Origin: Gemmatimonas sp.
Lineage (GTDB): Bacteria; Gemmatimonadota; Gemmatimonadetes; Gemmatimonadales; Gemmatimonadaceae
Assembly: GCA_965279375.1 (NCBI GenBank)
Contig: OZ257156.1
Coordinates: forward strand, 5,152,001-5,216,000
Direction: 5' to 3'
DNA length: 64,000 nucleotides
Shown: in pieces, positions 28,927 through 39,200 of the stretch
Position numbering within the stretch: the stretch's first letter is position 1
Layout of the letters: each line of letters begins with the position of its first letter
The notes under the pieces: generated by a model
Database searches by the model: none
What the model was told of the DNA's origin: nothing
What the model saw: only the letters and a program-made list of their open reading frames with translations
Translations under genes and position numbers: made by a program

Positions 28927-31365
28927 ATGACCGATTACGAAAAGCTGGGCGCGTTCTACCTCGGCAAGCGCTACGACCTCGACGCAAGAAAGCGCAGCGA
29001 GGAGCTGGTGTTGTACGACGCCAAGGACCTCACCACGCATGCTGTGATCATCGGCATGACGGGCAGCGGCAAGACGGGCCTGGGTGTCGATCTGATCGAA
29101 GAAGCGCTGATCGATCGGATTCCCGTCATCGCGGTGGATCCCAAGGGCGATCTGGGCAATCTCGCGCTCCGCTTTCCCGGTCTGACCCCTGCCGATTTTC
29201 GTCCATGGGTGGACCCCCAACAGGCCGCCAACGCCGGAGCGACTCCAGACGCCTTCGCCGAACAGCAGGCCAAAACCTGGAAGGATGGATTGGCGGGCTG
29301 GCAGCAGGACGGCACGCGCATTCAGCGCTTCGTCGATGCCGCCGACGTGACCATCTACACGCCAGGCAGCACGGCCGGCCGTCCGATCTCGCTGCTGCGG
29401 GCGTTTGTGGCACCGCCAGCCGCCATACGCGATGACAGCGAGGCGCTACGCGAGCGCGTGGACGCGACGGCCACCAGCGTGCTCGCCCTGCTCGGCATCA
29501 ACGCCGACCCGATCTCCAGCCGCGAACACATCCTCCTCGCCAACCTGCTCGCGTCGTCGTGGAGTGAAGGCAAGGATCTCGATCTCGCCGGCCTGATCGG
29601 CGGGATTCAGTCGCCGCCGTTCAGCACCGTTGGCGTCATGCCGCTCGACACGGTATTCCCGCCCAAGGACCGCATGGAGCTGGCGATGAAGCTCAACAAC
29701 CTGCTCGCCGCGCCCGGCTTCCAGAATTGGCTCAAGGGCGAGCCGCTGGACACCGCCAATCTGCTCTACGACGCCAACGGCAAGCCGAAGGGTTCGATCA
29801 TCTCCATCGCGCATCTCGGCGACGCAGAGCGGATGTTCTTCATGACGCTGCTGCTGGCCGACATCCTGGCGTGGGTACGCGCGCAACCCGGCACCGGCTC
29901 GCTACGCGCGATTCTCTACATCGACGAGTTGTTCGGCTACATGCCGCCCGTCGCGAGCCCGCCGTCCAAGGTGCTGCTGCTCACGCTGCTCAAGCAGGCG
30001 CGCGCGTACGGCTTGGGCGTGGTGCTCGCCACGCAGAATCCGGTGGACCTGGACTATCGCGGCCTCTCCAATACGGGCACGTGGTTCATCGGTCGCCTGC
30101 AGACCGAGCGCGACAAGATGCGCGTGATGGAAGGACTCGAAGGCGCGTCGGGCGGACAGCCGTTCGACAAGGATGCGATGGAGAAGACGATCGCCGGACT
30201 CGGAAAGCGCGTCTTCCTGCTCCACAGCGTACATGAGTCCGCGCCGGTCACCTTCGAGACGCGCTGGACGATGTCGTACCTCGCGGGTCCCATGACACGC
30301 GAGCAGATCAAGGCTTTGCAGGCTCAGGCCCCTGCCACCGCTGCCGCTGCGGCGCCCGCCGCGAGTGCCATCGCCTCGACCACCGGCGGCGGCATGTCCG
30401 CGCTCGATGCGTCGGCGTCCACGCGTGCCCCCGTGCTGCCGCCGGACGTCCCGCAGTACTTCATTCCGCCGCTCACCGACGACGGCCCGATCAGCTACAA
30501 CCCCGCGGTGCTCGCCCTCGCCGACGTGTCGTTTGCCAGTGCGAAGCTGGGCGTGACGGAGCAGCGCCGTGTGGTGCTGTTGGGGTCCATGGACGACGGA
30601 CCCATTACCCTCGAGTGGGACGGTGCGGAGCGGGTGGAGATCGATCCCGGCACGCTCGAGCGGTCGCCGCGCGACAACGCGACCTTTGGCAGCGTCCCCA
30701 AGGCGGCCACGAGCGCCAAGAGCTACGCCGCATGGAGCAAAGCCTTCCAGAAATGGGTCGTGACCAACGAACAGGTGGAGCTGCTCAAGAGCAGCGCGCT
30801 CAAGCTCACGTCCAACGCGGGCGAGTCCGAGCGGGATTTCCGCATCCGCCTGCAGGTCGTCTCCCGCGAAGCGCGCGACGCGAAGATCGAGACGCTGCGG
30901 CAGAAGTACGCCACCAAATTGAGCGCGTTGCAGGAGCGCATCCGCCGCGCGGAGCAGTCGGTGCAGCGCGAGCAGGCACAGGCGAGTCAGGCCAAGGTGG
31001 ACACCATGATTTCGGTGGGCAGCGCGATCCTCGGCGCCGTCTTCGGTCGCGGCAAGATCGGCGTGGGCACGCTGGGCAAGGTGGGCACGGCCGCGCGCGG
31101 CGTGGGGCGTGCCACGCAACAGAGCGGCGACGTCACGCGAGCGAATGAGAGTGTGGCCGCGCTGCAGGAGCAGTACGCCGCGCTCGAAGCGCAGCTGCAG
31201 GGCGAGATCGACGACCTGGGCGCGGCATTCGACGCGCAGCAGGAAACCCTGGAGCGCACGCCGATCAAGGCCAAGAGCGGCGACGTGCATGTGCAGCTCG
31301 TCGCGCTGGCGTGGGTGCCCTACGTTCGGGATGGAGCGGGTGTTGTCAGCGCGGCCTGGCGATAG
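28927..31365 (+). CDS. HerA/FtsK-superfamily (DUF87/DUF853-like) ATPase with C-terminal coiled coil
   Basis: THAVIIGMTGSGKTG Walker A, DPKGD, LYIDE Walker B, LKQARAYGLGVVLATQNPVDLD. Confidence 0.88.
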   Translation: MTDYEKLGAFYLGKRYDLDARKRSEELVLYDAKDLTTHAVIIGMTGSGKTGLGVDLIEEALIDRIPVIAVDPKGDLGNLALRFPGLTPADFRPWVDPQQAANAGATPDAFAEQQAKTWKDGLAGWQQDGTRIQRFVDAADVTIYTPGSTAGRPISLLRAFVAPPAAIRDDSEALRERVDATATSVLALLGINADPISSREHILLANLLASSWSEGKDLDLAGLIGGIQSPPFSTVGVMPLDTVFPPKDRMELAMKLNNLLAAPGFQNWLKGEPLDTANLLYDANGKPKGSIISIAHLGDAERMFFMTLLLADILAWVRAQPGTGSLRAILYIDELFGYMPPVASPPSKVLLLTLLKQARAYGLGVVLATQNPVDLDYRGLSNTGTWFIGRLQTERDKMRVMEGLEGASGGQPFDKDAMEKTIAGLGKRVFLLHSVHESAPVTFETRWTMSYLAGPMTREQIKALQAQAPATAAAAAPAASAIASTTGGGMSALDASASTRAPVLPPDVPQYFIPPLTDDGPISYNPAVLALADVSFASAKLGVTEQRRVVLLGSMDDGPITLEWDGAERVEIDPGTLERSPRDNATFGSVPKAATSAKSYAAWSKAFQKWVVTNEQVELLKSSALKLTSNAGESERDFRIRLQVVSREARDAKIETLRQKYATKLSALQERIRRAEQSVQREQAQASQAKVDTMISVGSAILGAVFGRGKIGVGTLGKVGTAARGVGRATQQSGDVTRANESVAALQEQYAALEAQLQGEIDDLGAAFDAQQETLERTPIKAKSGDVHVQLVALAWVPYVRDGAGVVSAAWR

Positions 31366-31384
31366 CCGGGTCGCGCGGGCGAGG

Positions 31385-31507
31385 TCAGGCGGAGAGCGCC
31401 AGCCAGGAGAGGAACATCGCGGTCACGAAGGCGATGGCCGGCTCGACCAGCGACGTGCGATCCTTCGGGAGAGCAACGGCGCGGGCGGGGCGATTGGCAT
31501 TGCGCAT
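31385..31507 (-). CDS. Small protein (40 aa) with a C-terminal hydrophobic helix
   Basis: Manual translation MRNANRPARAVALPKDRTSLVEPAIAFVTAMFLSWLALSA; GGAG shortly upstream; fills an otherwise empty gap. Confidence 0.5.
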   Translation of the reverse strand: MRNANRPARAVALPKDRTSLVEPAIAFVTAMFLSWLALSA

Positions 31508-31560
31508 GACAGACTCCGGTTGAAGGCGGACGACGGTGTCAGATACGACGAGACATCGTC

Positions 31561-32472
31561 CTACCGCGTCACGGCGCGCTGGCGCGAACTGTCACGCCGC
31601 GCGAGCTCGGCGGCCTTCGCCTGGCTGTTGAGCGTCCAGTCGAAGGTCGTTTGCCCCGTCATGAAGATGCCGCGCTCCATGCGATCCTTCTGATCGGCGG
31701 GAAACCAGTGCGCGAGAAAGCGCCCCATGTCCGCACGCGTCGCGCCGAAGTCGGCGCGATAGTACGTGAAGATCGGGCTGAGCACGAAGATGCGCGTGCG
31801 CCCTTCCAGCACGATGTGGTTCTTGGCGGAGTCGGAGAGAAAGCGGCGCCCCTGATCTTCCAGCTGCGATTCGAGAATCGCGCCCCGGTACGCCTCGCTG
31901 CGCAGCGGTGGGCTGCCCATCGCCGCGTAGACAAGCGCAAAGTGAATGCGGGGATCGCTGAACTCCTTTCGCAGGATGTGGTGCGCCACGTCGTCGAGCG
32001 TGAGCGTACGCCCCGCCGCGTGCACGAAGGGCGTGCTCCACGGCCCTTTGAGCTTGAGCACACCGAACGTCTTGTCCACGTTGCGAATCGACTGTGTCTC
32101 GCCCGCCTGCGCCACACGCTGGATCGTGAACGCGTTGTAGACGTTGAGCCAGAAGGCCAGTCGCTCTTCCGGACCGAGCGTCGAATCGCGGACGCGATCG
32201 AGCGAGGAGAGATAGCGTGGAAATGCCGGGTCCTTGGCAAAGCCCGCGTAGTCGACGAAGCCGTCCTTCACGTAGCGCTTGAGCAGCGCATCGTACGCGG
32301 AGTGGTCGAAGACGGCCGTCGGCGCAGAGGAGGCAGGCAACGCCTGTGCGCGAGCCAGCGCGATCGGCAGCACGCCAGCCCCCACCCCGATGGCGGTGCA
32401 CCAGACCAGCGCAGCGCGGCGCTGCCGTCTCAGGAAGGCGTCAGATAGCTTGTGCATCGGTTCGCGGGACAA
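31561..32472 (-). CDS. DUF547-domain secreted protein
   Basis: HSAYDALLKRYV..G.VDY, LAFWLNVYNA, DPRIHFAL, PPLRSEAY, LSPIFTYY..DF, FDWTLN. Confidence 0.88.
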   Translation of the reverse strand: MSREPMHKLSDAFLRRQRRAALVWCTAIGVGAGVLPIALARAQALPASSAPTAVFDHSAYDALLKRYVKDGFVDYAGFAKDPAFPRYLSSLDRVRDSTLGPEERLAFWLNVYNAFTIQRVAQAGETQSIRNVDKTFGVLKLKGPWSTPFVHAAGRTLTLDDVAHHILRKEFSDPRIHFALVYAAMGSPPLRSEAYRGAILESQLEDQGRRFLSDSAKNHIVLEGRTRIFVLSPIFTYYRADFGATRADMGRFLAHWFPADQKDRMERGIFMTGQTTFDWTLNSQAKAAELARRDSSRQRAVTR

Positions 32473-32510
32473 GAACGGTCATCGTCGGCCTTCCCTTCTT
32501 TGCCTTGGTC

Positions 32511-32828
32511 ATGGTTCCTGATTGGCTGCTTGGTATCTGGCGACTGCTGCGCGCAGATGCCACTCTCGATTTCGCGCCGGGCGTGCGAATGGAATTTCTC
32601 GACGACGGTCAACTGCACTACCACATCGACGTGGGCGGGCGGGATCAGGTCGTGACGCTGCTGTACCGCGTGGAGGGCGAGGTGTTGCACACCGACAATC
32701 CCTCCGCGCCGCACTCAATGTCGGTGCGTTTCTCGCATGGCGCTGGCGATGTGTTGCTGCTGGATTTCGGCGGCGCCCACGCATCACTGGTGCGCGAAAC
32801 CGATGCGCGCGCGTTGCGCGTGCCCTGA
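32511..32828 (+). CDS. Hypothetical protein, small beta-barrel/lipocalin-like
   Basis: LLGIWRL N-terminal motif and alternating beta-strand pattern. Confidence 0.6.
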   Translation: MVPDWLLGIWRLLRADATLDFAPGVRMEFLDDGQLHYHIDVGGRDQVVTLLYRVEGEVLHTDNPSAPHSMSVRFSHGAGDVLLLDFGGAHASLVRETDARALRVP

Positions 32829-32880
32829 GCCAACCGTCTCCCGTGGTCCCCGCCCTCCTTCGCGATACCCAACCCCGCGC

Positions 32881-33561
32881 ATGAACGCTCTCAGCGAACG
32901 ATATCCCTCGCTCCCCTGGATCGCACCGTTCGCGGTGTTCATGCTGCTCCTGGCCGTGGCGCCGTCGCTCCCCTTCGGCCAACCGTGGGAATCGATCGTA
33001 CGCGTCGGCGTGTTGGTGGCGGTGATTGCCATTGCGTCGGGATCGATCGTGCGTGGGCTGCGCGTGCAGCATGCGGTGGCCAGCATCGCGCTGGGACTGG
33101 CCGTGTGCGCGCTGTGGGTACTTCCGGACGCACTCATTCCGGGCTGGCGCTCGCACTGGCTCTTTCAAAACAGCGTGACCGGCACCATCAAGACGTCGAT
33201 TGCGCCGACCGAGCTCGCGGACCCACTCGTGCTGATGCTGCGCATCGCGCGCGCGGCGATTCTCGTGCCGATTCTCGAGGAGCTGTTCTGGCGCGGTTGG
33301 CTGCCACGGTGGATCGTGAACAACGACTTTCAGCGCGTCCCGCTGGGCACGTACAACACGCTCGCCTTTGTGGGCACTGCGGCACTCTTCGCCAGCGAGC
33401 ATGGCCCGTTCTGGGAAGTCGGCCTGCTGTGCGGCCTGATCTACAACTGGTGGATGTGGCGCACCAAGTCGCTGGGCGATCTGGTTCTGGTCCATGCCGT
33501 CACCAACGGCGCGCTGTCGGCCTATGTGCTGGTGACGGGAAAGTACGAGTACTGGATGTAG
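32881..33561 (+). CDS. CPBP/CAAX prenyl protease-related intramembrane metalloprotease
   Basis: PILEELFWRGW, LFASEH, HAVTNG motifs; multiple TM helices. Confidence 0.9.
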   Translation: MNALSERYPSLPWIAPFAVFMLLLAVAPSLPFGQPWESIVRVGVLVAVIAIASGSIVRGLRVQHAVASIALGLAVCALWVLPDALIPGWRSHWLFQNSVTGTIKTSIAPTELADPLVLMLRIARAAILVPILEELFWRGWLPRWIVNNDFQRVPLGTYNTLAFVGTAALFASEHGPFWEVGLLCGLIYNWWMWRTKSLGDLVLVHAVTNGALSAYVLVTGKYEYWM

Positions 33562-33595
33562 CCTGTCCGGATGTTGCGTGTGTCTGCGTGACACG

Positions 33596-33632
33596 AACGA
33601 GGCCCGTCACCCACATGGGGACGGGCCTCGTT
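33596..33632. terminator. Hairpin between convergent genes, likely a bidirectional terminator
   Basis: AACGAGGCCCGTC...GACGGGCCTCGTT, 13-bp stem. Confidence 0.75.
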
Positions 33633-33634
33633 GT

Positions 33635-33937
33635 TCAGCCACCGTAGACGATCGGGCTGGTGCCGCTGCGAATGTCGCGTGCGCCCGCCGCCACGCCGGA
33701 GCCGACCGCGAGCGCTGCGGTCAACGCGGTGCCGATGCCAACCAGCGGAAGGAACGGTACGACGACCGCTCCAGCCAGAAATGCCGCACCGCCTGCCACC
33801 CACGGTGCGATGCCCTTCTGCACGGCGTCGACGTAACGCAGGCGATTGCGAACGAATCGGCGCGCGGCGCCGTGCAACACAACCGCCGCAGCAGTGGCGA
33901 TCGCGAACGAGATGAGAAAACCGATCAGGGAAAACAT
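33635..33937 (-). CDS. Hypothetical membrane protein (100 aa)
   Basis: MFSLIGFLISF...ARRFVRNRLRYVDAVQK...GARDIR; GGAGG RBS. Confidence 0.75.
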   Translation of the reverse strand: MFSLIGFLISFAIATAAAVVLHGAARRFVRNRLRYVDAVQKGIAPWVAGGAAFLAGAVVVPFLPLVGIGTALTAALAVGSGVAAGARDIRSGTSPIVYGG

Positions 33938-34096
33938 GTGTGCCTCCGAGTGTCTCGCGTTCCGGCGACATCGCCGTGGTTCTGATACCCCTAACGACAC
34001 GGCGGGCCAGAGGTTTCACCCGTGGCCCGCCGCCTGGTCCCGCCCGAGTCGATCCGAGCGTTTCGCCCGTTACGAGGCGCCCGTTCAAGGCGCCCG

Positions 34097-34813
34097 CTAA
34101 GGGCGGCGGGGCATGTCCATCTTCGTGTAGTTGTTCGGGATCGTGAACGGCGCATCGGTCAGGACTCGCTTCTCGATCTTGGTCACTTCGAGCTGAACCA
34201 CGCCATCCTGCCGCTTGACCTTGAGCGGGAAGCCACCTTCCCCCTCGAGCGAGCGCTGCCACGCGGGCTGCGCGCGATTGCCTCGTCCCATGCCGCCCAT
34301 CGCACTCATCGCGTTGACGAACGGGCCCAGCCCCTTGGCGAGGCACACGTCGGACGTCTGCTGCTGTGCTTCAACCGTCACGTGCTCGCACTCGTAGCCG
34401 GCGATCGTTTCCTTCTTGCCGGTGCGCGTGACTTTCACATCGGGAACGTTGGCGCCGCCCGTAGTCGCACGCGCGAGTTCGTTGGAAAGGTTGACCTCCA
34501 TGTACATCGACTGCTGATCGAGCAGCAGATACGTCTTCTTCTCCGTCGGGATACCGATGATGCTCACCGCACCCATCGCGGAGACAACGTTGATACGCAC
34601 CTTGCCGCCGCGCGTGAGATACTCGATCTCCTGCCCCTGAGCACCGCTGGGGCCAAGGCCGGACACGCGCATGGTGATGGCGCCATCAAACGTTTGCGCG
34701 GCAAGCGGCGACGTCATCATCGGCGACGTGATCACCGTCGCGGCAGCGAGAATCGAAACAGAGCGCGCCAGCGGTGTGATGGCGCGCGGAATGCGATGCG
34801 AACTCGAGGTCAT
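34097..34813 (-). CDS. DUF4412-like secreted protein
   Basis: Signal peptide ending AQTFDG; TGKKETIAGYECEH, GFPLKV, FTIPNNY. Start uncertain. Confidence 0.8.
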   Translation of the reverse strand: MTSSSHRIPRAITPLARSVSILAAATVITSPMMTSPLAAQTFDGAITMRVSGLGPSGAQGQEIEYLTRGGKVRINVVSAMGAVSIIGIPTEKKTYLLLDQQSMYMEVNLSNELARATTGGANVPDVKVTRTGKKETIAGYECEHVTVEAQQQTSDVCLAKGLGPFVNAMSAMGGMGRGNRAQPAWQRSLEGEGGFPLKVKRQDGVVQLEVTKIEKRVLTDAPFTIPNNYTKMDMPRRP

Positions 34814-34838
34814 GTATGTCTGCGGGATTCCGGAAGCG

Positions 34839-36203
34839 TTACGCAAGACCGGTCTTCATCGCCTTGAGCACCAGCTCGGCGAAGCGGTCGACTTCATCCA
34901 ACGTGGTATACACGTTGGGCGTCACGCGGATCCCGCTGAACTCCGGATGCACGATCGGCGTCTGCACCACGCGGTGCGTGCCGAACAGCCAATTGCCGAG
35001 CTTACTCGGATCGAGCCCATCCACGGCGAAGTTGCCGATGCCGCCGCCCCACTTGGAATCCATCGGCGTGAGGATCTTCACGCGTCCGTTGCCTTCGGCG
35101 AGCAGGCGCTTGGCCCAGCGATCGCGCAGGTAGACCAGACGCGCGAACTTGCGACCGGCACCGATGGCGCGATGAAACGCGAGCGATACGGCGATCGCGT
35201 TGTGGTTTGCCGCCGGATGCGTCCCGATCTCTTCGTATTTGCGGATGTTGTCGTCCTGCTCGATCGACGCGGCCATCAGCGGCCAGATCGCCTTCTGCTT
35301 GGACTTGCGCACGTAAAGAAATCCGGTGCCGATGGGCGCAAGCAGCCACTTGTGCAGACTCGTGCCGTAGTAGTCCACGTCCATGTCATCGCGAGACATC
35401 GGGAACTGCGCGAACGCATGCGCGCCGTCCACGAACACTTCGACGTTCTTGGCCCGCGCCATCTGCACGATCTCCCGCACGGGGAGAATCTGGCCAGTCA
35501 GATTGGTGATGTGCGTGATCTCGATGACCTTCGTGCGCGGCGTGATCGCGGCGGCAAAGCGATCGACCATCTCCTGTGCCGAGGTCGATGGTACGGGCAT
35601 CGAGATCTCTTTCAGCACGATCCCCTCGCGGCGCGAGCGCTGCTTCCACGCGTTGATCATGCGCCCGTAGTTCTGATTGCTGATGAGCACCTCGTCACCG
35701 CGCTTGAGATCGATACCGAAGATCAGCGTTTCCAGCGCTTCGGAGGCATTGCGCGTGATCGCCATCTCCTCGGTGTCGCAGCCAAACTCCAGCGCCAGCT
35801 CTCGTCGCACGATTTCGAGCCGCGGCTCGAGGTCGCGCCACATGTGAATCACCGGCAGCTCGTTCGAATAGCGCAGATCGCGGAACATCTGCTCCATCAC
35901 GTGCGAGGGAGCCGGCGAACAACCGCCGTTGTTCAAGTTGATCCACGTGCGATCGAGATCGAACGCGCGCTGAATCGGCTCCCAGAAATCCTCGTCCGAT
36001 GCGAACGCAGCGTCCTGCGCGGCATTGCCGCGCCAGGCCGGTGCCTCAGGATCGAGCAGCCGCACCCCTCGACTTCGGGCCACGCCCGCTGCATCCAGCA
36101 GGCGACGCACGGCGCCGGGGGCAAAGGTCGGCGAGAGCGCGGAGGCCACGGCGGGCGTGGCGGCAGCTCCTGCGAGGGCGGAGACAAAATGGCGGCGGTC
36201 CAT
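34839..36203 (-). CDS. Tat-exported class V PLP-dependent aminotransferase-fold enzyme (isopenicillin N epimerase / selenocysteine lyase-like)
   Basis: MDRRHF twin-arginine signal; NLNNGG, TRNASEAL, VDGAHAF, SLHKWLLAPIGTG. Confidence 0.9.
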   Translation of the reverse strand: MDRRHFVSALAGAAATPAVASALSPTFAPGAVRRLLDAAGVARSRGVRLLDPEAPAWRGNAAQDAAFASDEDFWEPIQRAFDLDRTWINLNNGGCSPAPSHVMEQMFRDLRYSNELPVIHMWRDLEPRLEIVRRELALEFGCDTEEMAITRNASEALETLIFGIDLKRGDEVLISNQNYGRMINAWKQRSRREGIVLKEISMPVPSTSAQEMVDRFAAAITPRTKVIEITHITNLTGQILPVREIVQMARAKNVEVFVDGAHAFAQFPMSRDDMDVDYYGTSLHKWLLAPIGTGFLYVRKSKQKAIWPLMAASIEQDDNIRKYEEIGTHPAANHNAIAVSLAFHRAIGAGRKFARLVYLRDRWAKRLLAEGNGRVKILTPMDSKWGGGIGNFAVDGLDPSKLGNWLFGTHRVVQTPIVHPEFSGIRVTPNVYTTLDEVDRFAELVLKAMKTGLA

Positions 36204-36298
36204 GCCCCGAACATGCGTCTTTCTCGCGTGGCGCGCGAGAGGGCGGACCCATAACGTTAGCCCGCGATTCCGCTCTACGGACACTCACCGGGGTACCC

Positions 36299-39200
36299 AT
36301 GCATCTGAAGGTTTGGCGAACGTGCGCACTGCTGCTCGGCGCCGGATTCATCACGGCGGCCGCCGCGTGCCGATCCAAACCCGCCGCATCCCCCGAGGAG
36401 CTCTACAACACGCGCACCCTTGGCCTCGGCTACCTCTACCGCAATCAGTTCGCCGAGGCCGACTCCCAGTTCCGCAAGCTGATCGCGCTCGCGCCAGACG
36501 ATCCGGCCGGGTACGCCAACCTGGGGCTGACCTACCTGCAGTCGGGGCGCTACGCCGACGCCGAGCCGCAGTTGGAGCGGGCGCGCAAGCTCGACCCGAG
36601 CGCGGTGAACGTCTCCCTGATGCTGGCCAAGCTGTACGCGCTGACCGACCGTCCCGCCGACGCCAAGGCGATGCTCGAGGCGCTGCACACCAAGGCCCCA
36701 CGCGATGTGAACGTGCTGTACGGACTGGCTGAGCTGGACTCGAAGCAGACCGACAGCGCGTCGGTTGGCCGCTACGTCGAGCGCCTGCGTGAGCTCCTCG
36801 TCGTCGTGCCAGCCAATCTCGCAGTGCGTGTGAAGCTGCTGGGGGCGCTGTCGCGCGTTGCAGAACCGGACAGCCTGGTGCGCCATCTTGAGGAGATCCG
36901 ACGCATCCCTCCCGAGCCGCCGCGTGAAGCGCGGGTCTACATCGATAGCACGATCGCCCTGCTGCAGGGGGGCCGACGTGTAGAGTCGCAGGCGACGCTC
37001 GATCGTGTGATCTACCTCATCGAGGGCAGCGCGCCGTATCAGGCCGCGCTCGAGAACGTGCGCACGACCGAAGCACCGATTCCGGGCCGTCTGCTGCTCA
37101 ACTTCGCGCCGCGCGATTTCGTCTCGCTGAATGGCGTGCGGACCGAAGCCACGACGGACAGCGCGCGATATGTGGACGCCACTGAGGACGCTGGACTTTC
37201 CGCTGTCGGGACCACCTCCGCGCAGGCGCCGCTGGCGAGCGCGATCGCGTCCGCAGAGATCGACGGCACCAATACGCTGGCGCTGTTCATGTCGCGTTGG
37301 TCGCCCACAGCCGGCAAGTCAGTGGCGCAGCTGTTTCGCGTACAGAGCGGCATGGTGCGCGACGTGACGACGCAGTCGGGCATTTCGCTGCCGCAGGGCG
37401 CGGTGTTCGCCGTCTTTGCCGACTACGACAATGACGGCTGGCTCGATCTCTTCGCGATTGGCGGCGAAGGGCGCGGCCATCTGTTCCGCAACAGTGGGAC
37501 GGGAACCTTCGTCGAGACGACCGCGCAAGCGCGCGTGGGCGACGTTCGCGGCGCACACAAGGCGATCGTCGCGGACCTCGACCACGACGGCGATCTGGAC
37601 CTGATGCTCGTCGGCTCGGGACCGCGTACGGTGTACCGCAACAACCTTGATGGCACGTTCACCGATGCGACGAGCGCGATGGGACTCGCGGCGTCGGACG
37701 CCGGCAGTGCTCAGGCCACCGATGCTGCGTTCGGCGATGTGGATGGCGACGGTCGCACCGACGTGATCGTTGGCAGCGCGACGTCCGGCGGGAGGTTGCT
37801 GCACAACGGCGGAGCACAGCGTTTCAGCGATGTCTCCGATGCGGCCGGCACCGCGAGTGGTGCTGGATTTGCTGCGGTCGCCATCGGCGACTGCAACAAC
37901 GACGGATTTCTCGACGTGGTCGCGCTCGACGCGAAGAGCGGCGCGGTGCTGCTGCTGCTCAACAACGGATCAGGACGCTTTTCGGCAGACCGTCGAGCGA
38001 CGGCCGCGCTCAAGCCGACTGGCAGCGCCGCGAACAGCGTCGCCACTCTCGTGGACTACGACAACGATGGGTGGCTCGATCTCGTCGTCGGCACGTCGGG
38101 TGCACGCGCTGCGAACGCACCGTCGCTCTTTCTGTTCCGCAACGATGGCAGCGGGAAGTTTGTCGATCGGTCTGCCGCGTTACCCACGGCGATGCGCATT
38201 TCGGGTGCTGCGGCGATTACTGTCAGCGATATCGACGATGACGGCGACGAGGACCTTTCCTTGATCGACGCGACTGGCGCCTCACGCATACTGCGCAACG
38301 CGGCGGGCAACGCGAACCTCGGCGTGAACGTGGAGCTCAAGGGGCTGCGTAACGGCAGCGGCAAGAACAACAGCTTCGGGGTTGGTGCGCGCGTGGAACT
38401 ACGTGCCGGTACGCTCTATCAGACACGCGTGGTGACCAACGCCAAGACGCACTTCGGACTGGGGCCGCATCTCAAGGCGGACGTCTTGCGCGTGGAATGG
38501 ACCAACGGCGTACCGCAGACGGTGTTTCTGCCGGGCTCCGATCAGGATGTGGTCGAGCAGGAGATCCTCAAGGGATCCTGCGCGTTTGCATACACATGGG
38601 ATGGCAAGCAATTCCGCTTCGTCACAGACGCCATGTGGCGCAGCGCGTTGGGGATGCCGCTCGGGCTCATGGGAAGCTCGAGCGCGTTCGCACCCGCGGG
38701 TGCATCGCAGGAGTATCTGCGTATCTCGGGCGATGCACTCAAGCCGCGCAACGGCCGCTACGTCATGCAGCTCACCGAAGAGCTCTGGGAGACGGCGTAC
38801 GCCGACGAAGTGAAGCTGCTGACGGTCGATCATCCGGATTCCATCGACGTGTTTGTGGACGAACGCTTCGTGCCGCCGGGCCCGGTGACGCTGCGCCTCT
38901 TCCACGTGGGAAAGCGCGAACTTCCGCGCACCGCCACCGACGCGACAGGGCATGACCTGCTGCCCGCGCTCAAGGCAAGCGACGATGTCTACGTGTCGAA
39001 CTTCGTACCCACGAAATACCAGGGCGTGGTTGAACCACACGAGCTCATTCTCGATCTGCCGGACGTCGCCGGCACACCGGGCAGCGCGCTCTTCCTGCGC
39101 GGCTGGATCTACCCCACCGACGCCAGCATCAATGTCGCGCTCGGCCAGCAAACCGCGCTGAGCGTGTCGCCGCCATCGTTCGAAGTGCGTGACGCGCGCG

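Noticed and set aside
28927..31365. HerA-based antiphage system or conjugative VirB4/VirD4
   Set aside because: No SIR2, nuclease, relaxase or T4SS genes nearby, and the codon usage looks native.
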